DNA of 64,000 nucleotides from Candidatus Dormiibacterota bacterium (GCA_963754015.1 CAVWEG010000007.1:443988-507987), one strand, 5' to 3'; shown: positions 28,222-38,220, counted from the stretch's first letter. Notes: generated by a model from the sequence alone, not told the origin. Program-made: numbers and translations.

Positions 28222-31077
28222 TCAGCCCTGGCTGGAGAGCAGCCGCATTCTCGCGCTGTGCCGCCCGATGGCGGTTGACGATCCCTGGATGTCGAGGGAG
28301 ATCGGATCGTCAAGACGGATCACCGAGCAGTCACCGACGGTGACTCGCGTGACGGCCTCGATCATCGCCGGGTCGGCGGTGCTGATCAGCACCTGGTGTG
28401 TTGCTGACACATCATGCAGAAACTCGATGAACAGGTCGCGCCGGGCCGGGTCCGACGTGAGCAGGGGTTCGTCGAGCAGCAGCGGCGCGCGCTCTCCTGC
28501 GCCGCCAAGCACCTCGCAGAGCGCGAGCCGGAGCAGGAGCGCCACCTGATCGCGAGTTCCATGCGACACGGCGTCGAGCGGCACCATGTCCGGACGCGTC
28601 CGGCCGAGCAGCCCGAGTGCGAAATGATCGGTGTCGACGTTGACGTCCGTGTATCGCGCGCCGGTCAGCAGGCTGAGCCGGTTTCCGAGCGACGCTGCAA
28701 GTCGTGGGGCGAGCTCGCGATGCGTGACCCGCGCGGACGACTCGATCATCTCGCTCGCGAGGCGCAGCGCCTTGAGCTGACGCAAGCCGCGCTCGCGCGC
28801 TGCAGCGCAGCTGTCGCGCTCGTCCTCGAGATCCGCGATCACGGGCAGCGTGTCGAGGACGCCGCCGAGCCGTGCGCGCAGCTCGCGTGCCTGGTCGCTC
28901 GCGGATGTCGCCGCGCGCCGTGCGCGTTCGGCATCGAGGTCCAGCAGCTGCAGCGATGCGGCATCCGGCGGTGGCGACGCCAACGCTGCTTCGGGGTCGC
29001 CGCCACGCTGACGCAGCTGATCGGCGAGGTCGAGCTCGAGACTCTCGAGCGCCATGCCGTCACCACCGAGCGAGCGAGCGGATCGCTGCAGGTCCGCGAG
29101 GCGGCGTCGCGCTTCGTCATGCGTCCGCCTCGCCGCACATGCCTGGCGGAAGTCCGCGACCGCGACGGCGAGATCTCCCGTGACGGGAACGCCGGCTTTG
29201 CTCAGCATCGTGCGCAGCCGGGACTCGAGGTTCGCCACGTTTCGTGCGCAACGGTCGACGTCGTCGTGGAGCTGACCGCTCGCTGCATCATCCGCCGAAA
29301 GGACCGCGTCCTCCGCAACCAGCTCTTCGCGCCGGCGTGCTCGCACCACCGTCGCGTCGACGCGGTCGAGGATCTCGCCCGCGATCAACAGCGCGGCATC
29401 GACCGTCGCCGGCTGCCGCGGCAGCGGTCGCGCGATGCCCGCCTCGACGGCGAGCGCCTGACAGCGCACGAGCAGCGATGCCAGCGCGACCTGCGTCGCT
29501 TCCGCATCCGCGCGGCGCTGTGAGGTTCGGTGCTCGGTGTCGTCGAGCGCGGCGTGGAGCGCACGCAGCACCGGCAAGCGTCCGGCAAGCCGCTCGACCT
29601 CGGAGGGATCAGCGCCCGCCTCGAGCGCGAGCCGGCGTGCATTGCTGCGTGCCAGCGATGCCGAGCGCGTGCGTGTCCAGGCACGCCACGCGGTCGCGGC
29701 TGCTGCAACCGCCCCGAGCGCGATCACGATCGCCGGCGCGAAGCCTGTGTGCCCACGCATGAGCAACAGTCCCACGGCGGCGGTGACGATCGCGATGAGC
29801 ACTGCCGCGACACCGAAACGCGCGCCCCCACGACCCGCTTCCTCGAGCTCGGGCAGCAGGTCGTCGATGACGCGAGCGGGCAGATGACGCAGGCCGGTGG
29901 CCGCGATCTCGCGACGGAGCGCAGCCTCGCGCGCATCGTCGCCGGTCTCGCGATGGACCGTGCTCGCGGTCGCGAACAGCTCGCCACGCAAGCGCTGCGC
30001 GCGCTCGCCGATGTCGGTGCCGGACGCCTCGCGCGGTGCGCCGATGGCAGCGATCCCGCGGGCGATCTCGTCGCGACGCGCGCGAATGGGCCGTAGCCGT
30101 TCGGCGGCAGCCTCCCATCGCGACGCTGCCTCGGTCGCCGCGGTGCGGGCCTGGGCGAGCTCGCCACCGAGGGCGGTGACCTCGGTTTCGGCGTCGATCG
30201 GAAACCTCGCGTAGGAGATGGTTGCGTCGAGCGAGGCGGTCTGCAGCTTCGCCTCGCGCACGAGGTCGGTCAGTCGCGCTCGGCGATCGGCGGTGTCGGC
30301 GAGCCGCGCTCCGATGCGGGCACGCTCCGCCTCGATCCAGCGCTCGGTCTCGACCGCGAGCGCGGCGTCGAGCTCCGCAAGCCGCTCCTGGTCGATCGCG
30401 ACAGCGGCCAGCCGCGTCCGTGCTTCGTCGAGCATCCGGTCGAGCGCCTTCAAGCGGGCGGTTGCCACGCCGAGAGGACTCGTGACACGACGTTCGGAGC
30501 CGACCCGCTCCATGGCGTCGCGAAGACGGACCATCGCCTGCGCAGCGGTCACTCCGCGGCGCGTGTCGGCAAGGCGCTCGATCGCCTCCTGCAACTGCCC
30601 GGCCCGCTGGCGCGCGCTCTCGGGCGCGTCGATGCGCAGCCCGTCGTCGCCGAGCCACGCGGTAGCGCAGAAGACCGACTCGTCAATACCGAGATGGAAT
30701 CGCCCGGGCGTCACGGAGCGTCCGCTGCGCAGCTCATCGGTGAGCTCGGACCCGCCGAGCTCGAGGACCTGCACCGACTGCTCGCGGGTGTCGAGCCGGC
30801 GGGCGACACGGATGCGGCGTCCGTCGTCGAGCTTGTACGTCAACGCGAGCCCGTAGGCGCCGCGCGTCCAGGGCTCGTACCGCGCCCAGTCGCTGCGCTC
30901 GACCGGACGACCCTGGCCACCGGCATCGATCCCGTACAGCGCTGCACGCACAGCGCGAAGCAACGTCGACTTGCCGGATTCGTTGTGTCCCGCGATGACG
31001 GTCACCCGCGGGTGCAGATCCTCGGAAAGGTCGAACAAGGACCCGAAGCCGGTGATCTCGAGGCGCTCGAGGATCAT
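28222..31077 (-). CDS. SbcC/Rad50-like AAA ATPase with central TM hairpin (YhaN-type)
   Basis: This is the C-terminal 951 aa of ORF 28222..31458, from MILERLEITGFGS. It has Walker A GHNESGKST, long coiled coils, two central TM helices (FGVAAVLIAIVTAAVGLLL, APAIVIALGAVAAAATAW), signature SHGTRDQV and Walker B LLLDEP. Confidence 0.85.
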   Translation of the reverse strand: MILERLEITGFGSLFDLSEDLHPRVTVIAGHNESGKSTLLRAVRAALYGIDAGGQGRPVERSDWARYEPWTRGAYGLALTYKLDDGRRIRVARRLDTREQSVQVLELGGSELTDELRSGRSVTPGRFHLGIDESVFCATAWLGDDGLRIDAPESARQRAGQLQEAIERLADTRRGVTAAQAMVRLRDAMERVGSERRVTSPLGVATARLKALDRMLDEARTRLAAVAIDQERLAELDAALAVETERWIEAERARIGARLADTADRRARLTDLVREAKLQTASLDATISYARFPIDAETEVTALGGELAQARTAATEAASRWEAAAERLRPIRARRDEIARGIAAIGAPREASGTDIGERAQRLRGELFATASTVHRETGDDAREAALRREIAATGLRHLPARVIDDLLPELEEAGRGGARFGVAAVLIAIVTAAVGLLLMRGHTGFAPAIVIALGAVAAAATAWRAWTRTRSASLARSNARRLALEAGADPSEVERLAGRLPVLRALHAALDDTEHRTSQRRADAEATQVALASLLVRCQALAVEAGIARPLPRQPATVDAALLIAGEILDRVDATVVRARRREELVAEDAVLSADDAASGQLHDDVDRCARNVANLESRLRTMLSKAGVPVTGDLAVAVADFRQACAARRTHDEARRRLADLQRSARSLGGDGMALESLELDLADQLRQRGGDPEAALASPPPDAASLQLLDLDAERARRAATSASDQARELRARLGGVLDTLPVIADLEDERDSCAAARERGLRQLKALRLASEMIESSARVTHRELAPRLAASLGNRLSLLTGARYTDVNVDTDHFALGLLGRTRPDMVPLDAVSHGTRDQVALLLRLALCEVLGGAGERAPLLLDEPLLTSDPARRDLFIEFLHDVSATHQVLISTADPAMIEAVTRVTVGDCSVIRLDDPISLDIQGSSTAIGRHSARMRLLSSQG

Positions 31078-32216
31078 CGCAACCCGATCTCGGCGCCGGA
31101 GAGCGCCATGAGGCCGTATCGGAGCGCGTCGCCAAGGACATCCGCCTCGTCGGCGTCGGCTTCCGCGGCGGCGGTTGCGGTGCGGACGAACGCTCCGCGC
31201 GTGCTCTCCTCGACCATTGCTGCCTCGAGATCGAAGAGCGGCGTTGTCAGGTCGCGCACTTTGACAGCGGCAAGGTTGAGCCGCTCCCGGACCGCGAGCT
31301 CGACGGTGAACGCGTCCAAGGAAAGCGAGCACTCCACGGCGCCCGTGAGGTCGACACGGATCATCGTTCGCTCGGGGTCGGAGAGCCCCGTGGCGGCGCA
31401 GCTGAGCGTGACCGCCTGGATCACCGACTCGACCGACCCGCAGTCCTCGGAGTCGCACTGCACGGTGAAGACCGACCAGCGGTTGGTGTCGTTCGCGCTG
31501 AAGTGGACCTCGCCCCGCCCGTCGATCTCGACGCTGACGGGTCCCCGTCCGCCTTCCTCGTCGAAGCTCAGCGGCTCAGGCGTCCCCGGATAGAGGAGTC
31601 CGGTTCTCGTGTCGAGGCGGCGGCGATGGTAGTGGCCACACAACGCCGCCGCAAAGCCGGCACCGCGGATGCGCTCGGCGTGGAACGGGCCGTGCACCGA
31701 CTTGCCGTCGGGTCGCGAACCCAACTCAGCGCCATGGAACAGCGCAAGGTGCACTCCCGACTGTCCGGTGGCCGGCGCCTCGGCCAGCGGGTCGCCCTGC
31801 CACGACGGCTCACGGTGCGCCAGGCCCCAGACGGTCAGGCCGTCGACGAGCTCTACCGGTTCGAGCTGTGTTGACGGAAAGATCGTCACGTTGGCCGGCC
31901 ACTCGATCCGCCGGTACAGCGATCCCGGCATGAGCGCGTCGTGATTGCCGGGAGCGATGAGGACACGCATCGGCTGCCAGGACGCGAACGTATCGGCGAG
32001 GAACCGGCCGGTATCGACGCCCGCGCGCTCGTGCTCATAGAGATCGCCCGCGATCGTCACCGCCGCGCAGTCCTGTGCGGCGGCGAGGCGGCCGGCCGCC
32101 GTGAGTGCCTCGCGAAGTCCCTGGCGCCGGCGGCGCGCAAGGTCGCCCTGGCAGCCCATTGCGGCGAAGGCCCGGTCGAGGTGCAGATCGGAGAGGTGGA
32201 GAAGACGAGTGGTCAT
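31074..32216 (-). CDS. Mre11/SbcD-like metallophosphoesterase (YhaO-type DNA repair exonuclease)
   Basis: 380-aa ORF with calcineurin-like motifs LSDLHLD, GDLYE, GNHD and GHYH. Its stop overlaps the ATPase start (ATGA). Confidence 0.9.
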   Translation of the reverse strand: MTTRLLHLSDLHLDRAFAAMGCQGDLARRRRQGLREALTAAGRLAAAQDCAAVTIAGDLYEHERAGVDTGRFLADTFASWQPMRVLIAPGNHDALMPGSLYRRIEWPANVTIFPSTQLEPVELVDGLTVWGLAHREPSWQGDPLAEAPATGQSGVHLALFHGAELGSRPDGKSVHGPFHAERIRGAGFAAALCGHYHRRRLDTRTGLLYPGTPEPLSFDEEGGRGPVSVEIDGRGEVHFSANDTNRWSVFTVQCDSEDCGSVESVIQAVTLSCAATGLSDPERTMIRVDLTGAVECSLSLDAFTVELAVRERLNLAAVKVRDLTTPLFDLEAAMVEESTRGAFVRTATAAAEADADEADVLGDALRYGLMALSGAEIGLR

Positions 32217-32396
32217 GCGTTGCTCAAATGAACCGCGACCGGGCGAACGTCAGTTCGTTGAGCGTAGCACACGACTATTCAGCACATCTCTGCCATTATT
32301 GAACTCGGACTGAAGACGGTTCGGCGGGGTCTGTGGCCCCGGAACGCGTCCTGTTCAGAGGGATTGGGGAAGGTGGCAGAACGATTGGAATTGGCT

Positions 32397-33968
32397 ATGC
32401 CGTTGCGTGTCGGACGGGTCGGAGCGGGCCTCGTGGGCGCGGCCGTCGCGATCAGGGTGCTCGTGCTTCCGGTGGCGCCCGCAACTCGCGCCGTCGACGC
32501 TGTCATGGTCGGCCTCGCGCTGTGCGTCGGCGCCGGCCTGCTCCGTCTGCCGTCTCGCTGGGAGCAGCATCGAGCGCTGTTCGCCGCTGCCGCGATGGTG
32601 GCGCTGGCGGTGCTCGCGGCCGTCGGTCTCCACGTCGCCGCAAGCGGGCTGCCTGACTTCGCGATGATCGCCACAGGTGGTTTCGCAGCCATCCTCGTCG
32701 GCATCGAGACCGACGACTCGCCGAGCCTCCCGCTCGCGGCGGGCGCTGCGGTGATCGTGGTCTTCGTGGTGCTCTGGATGACGAGCGCGCCTGCGGGATC
32801 GGGCGCTTCCCTCCTCGTTGCTGTCGCCCTCCTCGTCGGCATCCGCCTGCTGGCGCTCGGCGGTGCTGAGCACACCCGCGGGCATATCGACGCCGAGACG
32901 CGGCGGGGCCACGTCTACGCGACGCTCGGCCGGAAGCTCGGCGTCGCTCGCGACGTGCCGTCGGTCGCATCGGCGGTCCTGGAAGCGTGCCTCGAGACCT
33001 TCCCCGAGACCTCGAGCGGGCTGGTGCTCATGAAGGACCAGGCAGACGGTCTGCTGAAGTCACCTGGCGTCTACCTGGCGGCGACTGGGGTCGCGACGGG
33101 CGGACCGGCGTATGAGCTCGCCCCCGGTGAAGGGTTGGGCGGCGCGGCATTCGCCGCCGAGCGCGCGGAGCTATGGCCGACGACGCTGGCGGCGTCGATG
33201 GCCCAGGCGAGCCTGCGTGAGACCAACCGCGTCCGGCTTCGGCGCTCGAAGCTCGGCTTCATCCGCTCCGCGATCGGCGCGCCGCTGCAGGTCGATGGCA
33301 ACGCGATCGGGGTAATCCTTCTGACCTCCGAGCGCCGCGAGAACGCGTGGACCGAAACGGACCTTCCGTTGATGACGGCGCTCGCCGACGAGGCTGCGAA
33401 AGCGCTCGAGCGAGCGCGCCGCTATGAGGAGGAGATGGGCCGGGCGCTGCTGGACTCCGTTACGGGGCTGCCAACTCGCCGCCACGTGCTCCACGTCCTC
33501 GACAAGGAGCTGGCCCGCGCGTCGAGAGGCGAGTCGACGCTCGCCGTGATCATGGCCGACGTCGACGACTTCAAGCAGATCAACGACCGGTGGGGGCACG
33601 ACGCCGGCAACAGCGTTCTCGAGAGCCTTGCCAGCGTGCTTCGCTCCATCCTGCGGCGGGAGGACAGCGCGGCACGGTCGGGAGCCGACGAGTTCGTCTG
33701 CGTGTTGCCGGGGGCGGACCGCGACCAGGCACGCGTGATCGCCGGCCGTATCCAGCAGCGTTTCGCGTCGGAAACGGCAAGCGACCACATTGCAGGGAGG
33801 TCGGGAGTCACCGCATCGTGTGGGGTGGCGGTCTACCCGACGGACTCGCAGGACGTCGAGGGTTTGATCGCCGCTGCCACCGCAGAGCTGGAAACCGCCA
33901 AGCAATCGCACCATCTCACCGGTCGCTCACGCATTCACGGCCGCATCAAGGACAGCAGCACGACTTGA
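32397..33968 (+). CDS. Membrane-anchored GAF-GGDEF protein (A-site reads GADEF)
   Basis: ORF 32364..33968. It has an N-terminal multi-TM region, a GAF-like middle and a GGDEF domain (ADVDDFKQINDRWGHDAGNSVL...RREDSAARSGADEFVCVL). The start could be TTG 32364 or ATG 32397. Confidence 0.85.
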   Translation: MPLRVGRVGAGLVGAAVAIRVLVLPVAPATRAVDAVMVGLALCVGAGLLRLPSRWEQHRALFAAAAMVALAVLAAVGLHVAASGLPDFAMIATGGFAAILVGIETDDSPSLPLAAGAAVIVVFVVLWMTSAPAGSGASLLVAVALLVGIRLLALGGAEHTRGHIDAETRRGHVYATLGRKLGVARDVPSVASAVLEACLETFPETSSGLVLMKDQADGLLKSPGVYLAATGVATGGPAYELAPGEGLGGAAFAAERAELWPTTLAASMAQASLRETNRVRLRRSKLGFIRSAIGAPLQVDGNAIGVILLTSERRENAWTETDLPLMTALADEAAKALERARRYEEEMGRALLDSVTGLPTRRHVLHVLDKELARASRGESTLAVIMADVDDFKQINDRWGHDAGNSVLESLASVLRSILRREDSAARSGADEFVCVLPGADRDQARVIAGRIQQRFASETASDHIAGRSGVTASCGVAVYPTDSQDVEGLIAAATAELETAKQSHHLTGRSRIHGRIKDSSTT

Positions 33969-33978
33969 CGTCGAGTCA

Positions 33979-34005
33979 CGAATAGTTCTACAGTAGAACC
34001 ATTCG
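33979..34005. promoter_or_regulatory. 27-bp near-perfect palindrome, probable MarR operator
   Basis: CGAATAGTTCTAC-a-GTAGAACCATTCG has 13-bp arms with one mismatch. It lies 57 nt upstream of the marR-like start. Confidence 0.5.
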
Positions 34006-34061
34006 TCAATCGAACACTTGAGCGCACGAAGCGATCAAGCGATTGCCACTCGAGGTCCCCT

Positions 34062-34595
34062 TTGCATCAAGCACCCACTGCCGAGCGCGCCGGGACGACT
34101 GCGGATCAACGACCGAACGTCCGTCGCGACGAGCTCGCCGACGCACTGTTCGGCTACATCGGCGGCCTCAAGCGGCGCCTGATGGCGAGCGTCCCCGACG
34201 AGTTGCGGGGCGAGTTCGGCGCGGTGACGTGGCACCAGGTCGGCGCGCTCGAGCAGTTGCGCGCGGCGATGCAGACGTCGTCGGGCGCAACGATGAACGA
34301 GATCGCGCGCATGCAGCAGTGCGCGCTCAGCTCGGCGAGCGCGCTCGTCGATCGCATGATCCGCCTCGGTTTCGCGGAGCGTCGCAACGACCCGGAGGAT
34401 CGCCGCATCATCCACATCGTCCCGACGGCACTCGGCGAGCAGATGCTCGAGAAATTCGACGATGCTCGCAAGACCGTCGCGCTCAAAGCGCTCGCGCCGT
34501 TGAGCGACGCGGATCTCGAGATGCTCGTGGGACTCATGAGCAAAGTCGTTGACTGGCCCGAGCCGGGACACGCACGCGAGGTTGCACATGACTGA
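34062..34595 (+). CDS. MarR-family transcriptional regulator
   Basis: 177-aa ORF with a winged-HTH core: GATMNEIARMQQCALSSASALVDRMIRLGFAERRNDPEDRRIIHIVPT. Confidence 0.85.
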   Translation: MHQAPTAERAGTTADQRPNVRRDELADALFGYIGGLKRRLMASVPDELRGEFGAVTWHQVGALEQLRAAMQTSSGATMNEIARMQQCALSSASALVDRMIRLGFAERRNDPEDRRIIHIVPTALGEQMLEKFDDARKTVALKALAPLSDADLEMLVGLMSKVVDWPEPGHAREVAHD

Positions 34596-36417
34596 CGTTC
34601 TCGATCGCTCCGACGTCTCCCTCGTCGCGCCTGTCGACGACGCCATAACCGCCGGCGACGGCAAGTCGGGTCGCTTCGACTACAAGTGGGTCGCGCTCGC
34701 GGTCGTGCTGCTCGGCACGATCATGACGATCCTTGACGCGACGATCGTCAACATCGCCATCCCGACGTTGCAGTCGGATCTCAAGGCCGGTTCCTACGCC
34801 GACATCGCCTGGGTGGTCACCGGCTACATGCTTGCGCAGGGCGCGGTCATTCCGATGGCAGGTTGGGCGTCCGATCGGTTCGGGACCAAGCGCCTCTACC
34901 TTGTGACCATCGCGCTCTTCACGCTGGCCTCGATGGCCTGCGGTATCGCGCAAAACCTTCCGGAGCTCGTGGTCTTCCGCGTGCTCCAGGGACTCGGCGG
35001 CGGCATGCTGATGCCGATCGGCATGACCATCATCATGCGGGCTGTCGGGCCCCAGAACATGGGCCGTGTCATGGGCATCTTCGGCATCCCGATGCTGCTC
35101 GCTCCCGCAGTCGGGCCGGTGCTCGGTGGCTGGTTCGTGCAGGACTTCTCGTGGCGGCTCATCTTCTACGTCAACGTCCCGATCGGCATCATCGCTTTCG
35201 TGTCGGCGTGGCGCTTCCTCACGGAAACGGACAAGTCGCACAAGCTGCGTCTCGACACGTTCGGACTGCTGACTGCACCGCCCGCCGCTGTCGCGGTGAT
35301 GTACGCCGTCGACCAGAGCACGACTCTCGGATGGGGATCGCTGCTCGTCATCAGCATGCTCGCAGGCTCTGCGGTCTTCATCACGGCGTTCGTTCTGTCG
35401 CAGCTGGACCGGCGGCGCATCGCAGCGCTGATGATGGCTCCTCTGGCTGCGCTGCTCTTCATCGTCGGCATCCGCAACGGACTCGTCGACGGCTGGACCG
35501 CGGTCGACACGATCGTGATGTTCGCCGGCACCGCTCTTGCGCTCGTCGATCTCGTCGTCGGCGGACGCGGCAGCCCGGAGCCGCTGCTGCAGTTGCGCCT
35601 CTTCCGCGACTCGACGTTCTCGTGGTCGATGGGCCTCAGCTTCATCATCGTCACCGCCCTCTTCGGTGGCATGTTGCTCCTCCCGCTGTACCTGCAGGAG
35701 GTGCACGGCTACAGCCCGCTCGAGACCGGATTGTTGTTGCTGCCACAGGCGATCACGGCCGCGGTCGCGATGCCGCTCGGCGGATACCTCACCGACCGTA
35801 TCGGCCCACGCCCGGTTGTCGCGTTCGGCATGGTGATGCTCGCCGTCGGTGGCCTGCTCCTCGCGCAGATCCATCCGACGTCGTCCAACTGGCTCGTCGT
35901 CGCCGCACTGCTGTTGCGCGGATTTGCGATGGGCTTCTCGATGATGCCGTCGATGGCGGCTGCGATGGCGCGCGTGCCGCACCACCTCAGCTCCAGCGCC
36001 TCGAGCATCTCCAACAGCCTGCAGCGCATCGGCTCATCGATCGGGATCGCGGTGCTCGTCACCGTGCTCGCCGCGCAGTTCACGGCCACGATCGGCCAGG
36101 CATCGTGCGCTCCGTCGGCAGCCGTGCTGAGCGCGGCGTCAACGTCCGGACAGCAGGTCACCACTGCGGAGTTCTGCGCGAACCTGAAGGGCGAGTACGC
36201 GTCGCTGATCCAGAACGGCGGTCAACCATCCACCACGGTGAAGGTCGCCCCGGTCGTCGCGAAGTTCAGTCAGACGTATGCCGCTGACGCGCTCAGCACA
36301 GCGTTCGATCGCACCTTCGTGTTCATCACGATTCTCACGATCCTCGGTGTCATCCCCGCAATGTTTCTGCGACGGCCCGAGAAGACGGTGGCGCAGCAGG
36401 TCGTCTATGAGACGTAA
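34588..36417 (+). CDS. DHA2 (EmrB/QacA) MFS efflux transporter, 14 TM
   Basis: ORF 34549..36417 with ATG 34588 overlapping the marR stop. It has LGTIMTILDATIVNIAIPTLQSDL and WASDRFGTKRLY, typical of DHA2. Confidence 0.9.
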   Translation: MTDVLDRSDVSLVAPVDDAITAGDGKSGRFDYKWVALAVVLLGTIMTILDATIVNIAIPTLQSDLKAGSYADIAWVVTGYMLAQGAVIPMAGWASDRFGTKRLYLVTIALFTLASMACGIAQNLPELVVFRVLQGLGGGMLMPIGMTIIMRAVGPQNMGRVMGIFGIPMLLAPAVGPVLGGWFVQDFSWRLIFYVNVPIGIIAFVSAWRFLTETDKSHKLRLDTFGLLTAPPAAVAVMYAVDQSTTLGWGSLLVISMLAGSAVFITAFVLSQLDRRRIAALMMAPLAALLFIVGIRNGLVDGWTAVDTIVMFAGTALALVDLVVGGRGSPEPLLQLRLFRDSTFSWSMGLSFIIVTALFGGMLLLPLYLQEVHGYSPLETGLLLLPQAITAAVAMPLGGYLTDRIGPRPVVAFGMVMLAVGGLLLAQIHPTSSNWLVVAALLLRGFAMGFSMMPSMAAAMARVPHHLSSSASSISNSLQRIGSSIGIAVLVTVLAAQFTATIGQASCAPSAAVLSAASTSGQQVTTAEFCANLKGEYASLIQNGGQPSTTVKVAPVVAKFSQTYAADALSTAFDRTFVFITILTILGVIPAMFLRRPEKTVAQQVVYET

Positions 36418-37423
36418 GGTCCTCGTCCTCGGCGGCACCGACTTCGTCGGACCCGCCGTGGTGGGTGCGGCACTTGCGCACGGTGATGACGTCACGATCT
36501 TCCATCGCGGCAAGACGGGGTCGGCTCCCGACGGTGTGCGCGTGATCCACGGCGATCGCACGCAGCCATCCGACCTCGACGCGGCTGCGGCGGAGCAATG
36601 GGATCTGGTCGTTGACGCATGGTCGCGCGCGCCGCGTGTCGTGCTCGAATCGGCGCGGAAGCTCGAGCCAACCGCGGCGCGGTACGTCTACATCTCGACG
36701 ATCTCTGTGTATCAGGACGTGCACGAGGGCCCGATCAACGAGACCTCGCCCGTTGTCGACGCGAGCCCCGATGGCGACGCCACTGATTACGCAGCCGACA
36801 AGCGCGGCGCGGAGCTGGCGATCGAGAGCGTCTTCGGTCCGGATCGCTGTGTCTTCGCGCGCCCCGGTCTCATCCTCGGACCGCGCGAGAATATCGGCCG
36901 CCTCCCGTGGTGGCTCCGCCGCGTCGCGGCCGGCGGCACCGTGCTCGCTCCCGGACCGGCGGACAATGGTTTGCAGTACATCGACGCGCGCGACCTCGCC
37001 GAGTTCTCCATCAACACGACGCTCAGCGGTGCGGTGAACGTGCTGACCGTGCCGGGATTCACCACCATGGCCGAGTTGCTCGACCTCTGCAAGGAGGCGA
37101 CGGGATCCGACGCGACGTTCACGTGGGTCGACGCCGAGTACCTGCTCAACGAGAAGGTCGAGCCGTGGACGGAGTTGCCGATCTGGGTTCCGGACATCGG
37201 CGAGTGGGCCGGCTTCTATGGGACCGACTCGTCGCTCGCGCAGCGCTCAGGACTCACATGCCGTCCGGTTCGAGACACTGTGTTCGACACTTGGTCGTGG
37301 TTGCGTGACAACCCCGAGTGGTCGCAGGTCGTCGCCGCCAATCGCACGCGTGTCGGTCTTGCGCCGGAACGCGAGGCAGCATTGCTCGCTGCCTGGGCGA
37401 ATCAGTCGCCGGCAGCTCTGTAG
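36407..37423 (+). CDS. NAD-dependent epimerase/dehydratase-family (SDR) protein
   Basis: In-frame ATG in ORF 36278..37423. MRRKVLVLGGTDFVGPAVV gives the Rossmann GxxGxxG. Confidence 0.8.
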   Translation: MRRKVLVLGGTDFVGPAVVGAALAHGDDVTIFHRGKTGSAPDGVRVIHGDRTQPSDLDAAAAEQWDLVVDAWSRAPRVVLESARKLEPTAARYVYISTISVYQDVHEGPINETSPVVDASPDGDATDYAADKRGAELAIESVFGPDRCVFARPGLILGPRENIGRLPWWLRRVAAGGTVLAPGPADNGLQYIDARDLAEFSINTTLSGAVNVLTVPGFTTMAELLDLCKEATGSDATFTWVDAEYLLNEKVEPWTELPIWVPDIGEWAGFYGTDSSLAQRSGLTCRPVRDTVFDTWSWLRDNPEWSQVVAANRTRVGLAPEREAALLAAWANQSPAAL

Positions 37424-38220
37424 CGGCGCAACCGGTCGGCGACGAGCTCGTCGAGCGGGATGGTGCGCAACTCATCGAGGTGACGCAGGACGGCACCGCG
37501 GATCGCGGCGATCACCAGCGGCGCGTGCGCGTGAGCGCCGGGCGGTGGCTCGGGAATGATCTCGTCGACGAGACCGACGCGATGCGCGGTCTCGACACCG
37601 GGACGGAGCGCAGCAGCCGCGCGGGCGCGTTGGCCCGCGTCGCGATACAGGATCGCAGCGCATGTCTCCGGTGGTGCAACGGTGTAGATCGCGTTCTCGA
37701 GCGCGAGCACGCGGTCGGCGAGCGCCAGCGCGAGCGCACCGCCGGAGCCGCCCTCGCTGAGCACGACGCTCACCGTCGGCGTGCGCAGCGTCAGCATGCA
37801 CAGCAGCGCCTCCGCGATCGCCCACGCCTGGCCGCGCTCCTCGGCGCCGATGCCCGCATGCGCGGCCGGCGTATCCACGAGACACACAACCGGCATCGAG
37901 AACTTCTCGGCCTGACGCATCAGCCGCATCGCTTTGCGATAGCCCTCCGGGTGCGGCATGCCGAAGTTGTGCAGCGCGCGCGTCATCGGGTCCGTCCCCT
38001 TCTCCTGGCCGATCAACATCACCGAGCGTCCGCCGAGGTGTGCGGGCCCGCCCACCACAGCGCGGTCGTCACCGAAGAGCCGGTCGCCGCGCAGCTCGGT
38101 CCAGTCCGGGGTGATGGAGGCGATGACCTGCAGCGCGCGCGGGCGCTCGGGGTGACGCGCCAGCTCGACTGCTGCGAACGCAATCCGTTCGCGCTCGGTG
38201 GTTTCGATGGTCGTTGTCAT
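37402..38220 (-). CDS. accA: Acetyl-CoA carboxylase carboxyltransferase alpha subunit
   Basis: 272-aa ORF with crotonase-fold CT-alpha similarity (VCLVDTPAAHAGIGAEERGQAWAIA). Confidence 0.9.
   Translation of the reverse strand: MTTTIETTERERIAFAAVELARHPERPRALQVIASITPDWTELRGDRLFGDDRAVVGGPAHLGGRSVMLIGQEKGTDPMTRALHNFGMPHPEGYRKAMRLMRQAEKFSMPVVCLVDTPAAHAGIGAEERGQAWAIAEALLCMLTLRTPTVSVVLSEGGSGGALALALADRVLALENAIYTVAPPETCAAILYRDAGQRARAAAALRPGVETAHRVGLVDEIIPEPPPGAHAHAPLVIAAIRGAVLRHLDELRTIPLDELVADRLRRYRAAGD

Noticed and set aside
28414-30856. Several 100-370-aa ORFs on both strands inside the SbcC-like gene (for example 28414..29523 +, 29609..30658 -)
   Set aside because: The translations are Arg/Ala/Ser-rich and low-complexity. 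The frame starting MILERLEITGFGS carries Walker A/B, the signature motif and coiled coils end to end.
34534-35985. 483-aa minus-strand ORF antisense to the DHA2 transporter gene
   Set aside because: The product is Arg/His/Asp/Glu-rich and low-complexity, with no motifs. The plus-strand frame encodes a clean 14-TM MFS protein. This is a typical shadow ORF of a high-GC genome.
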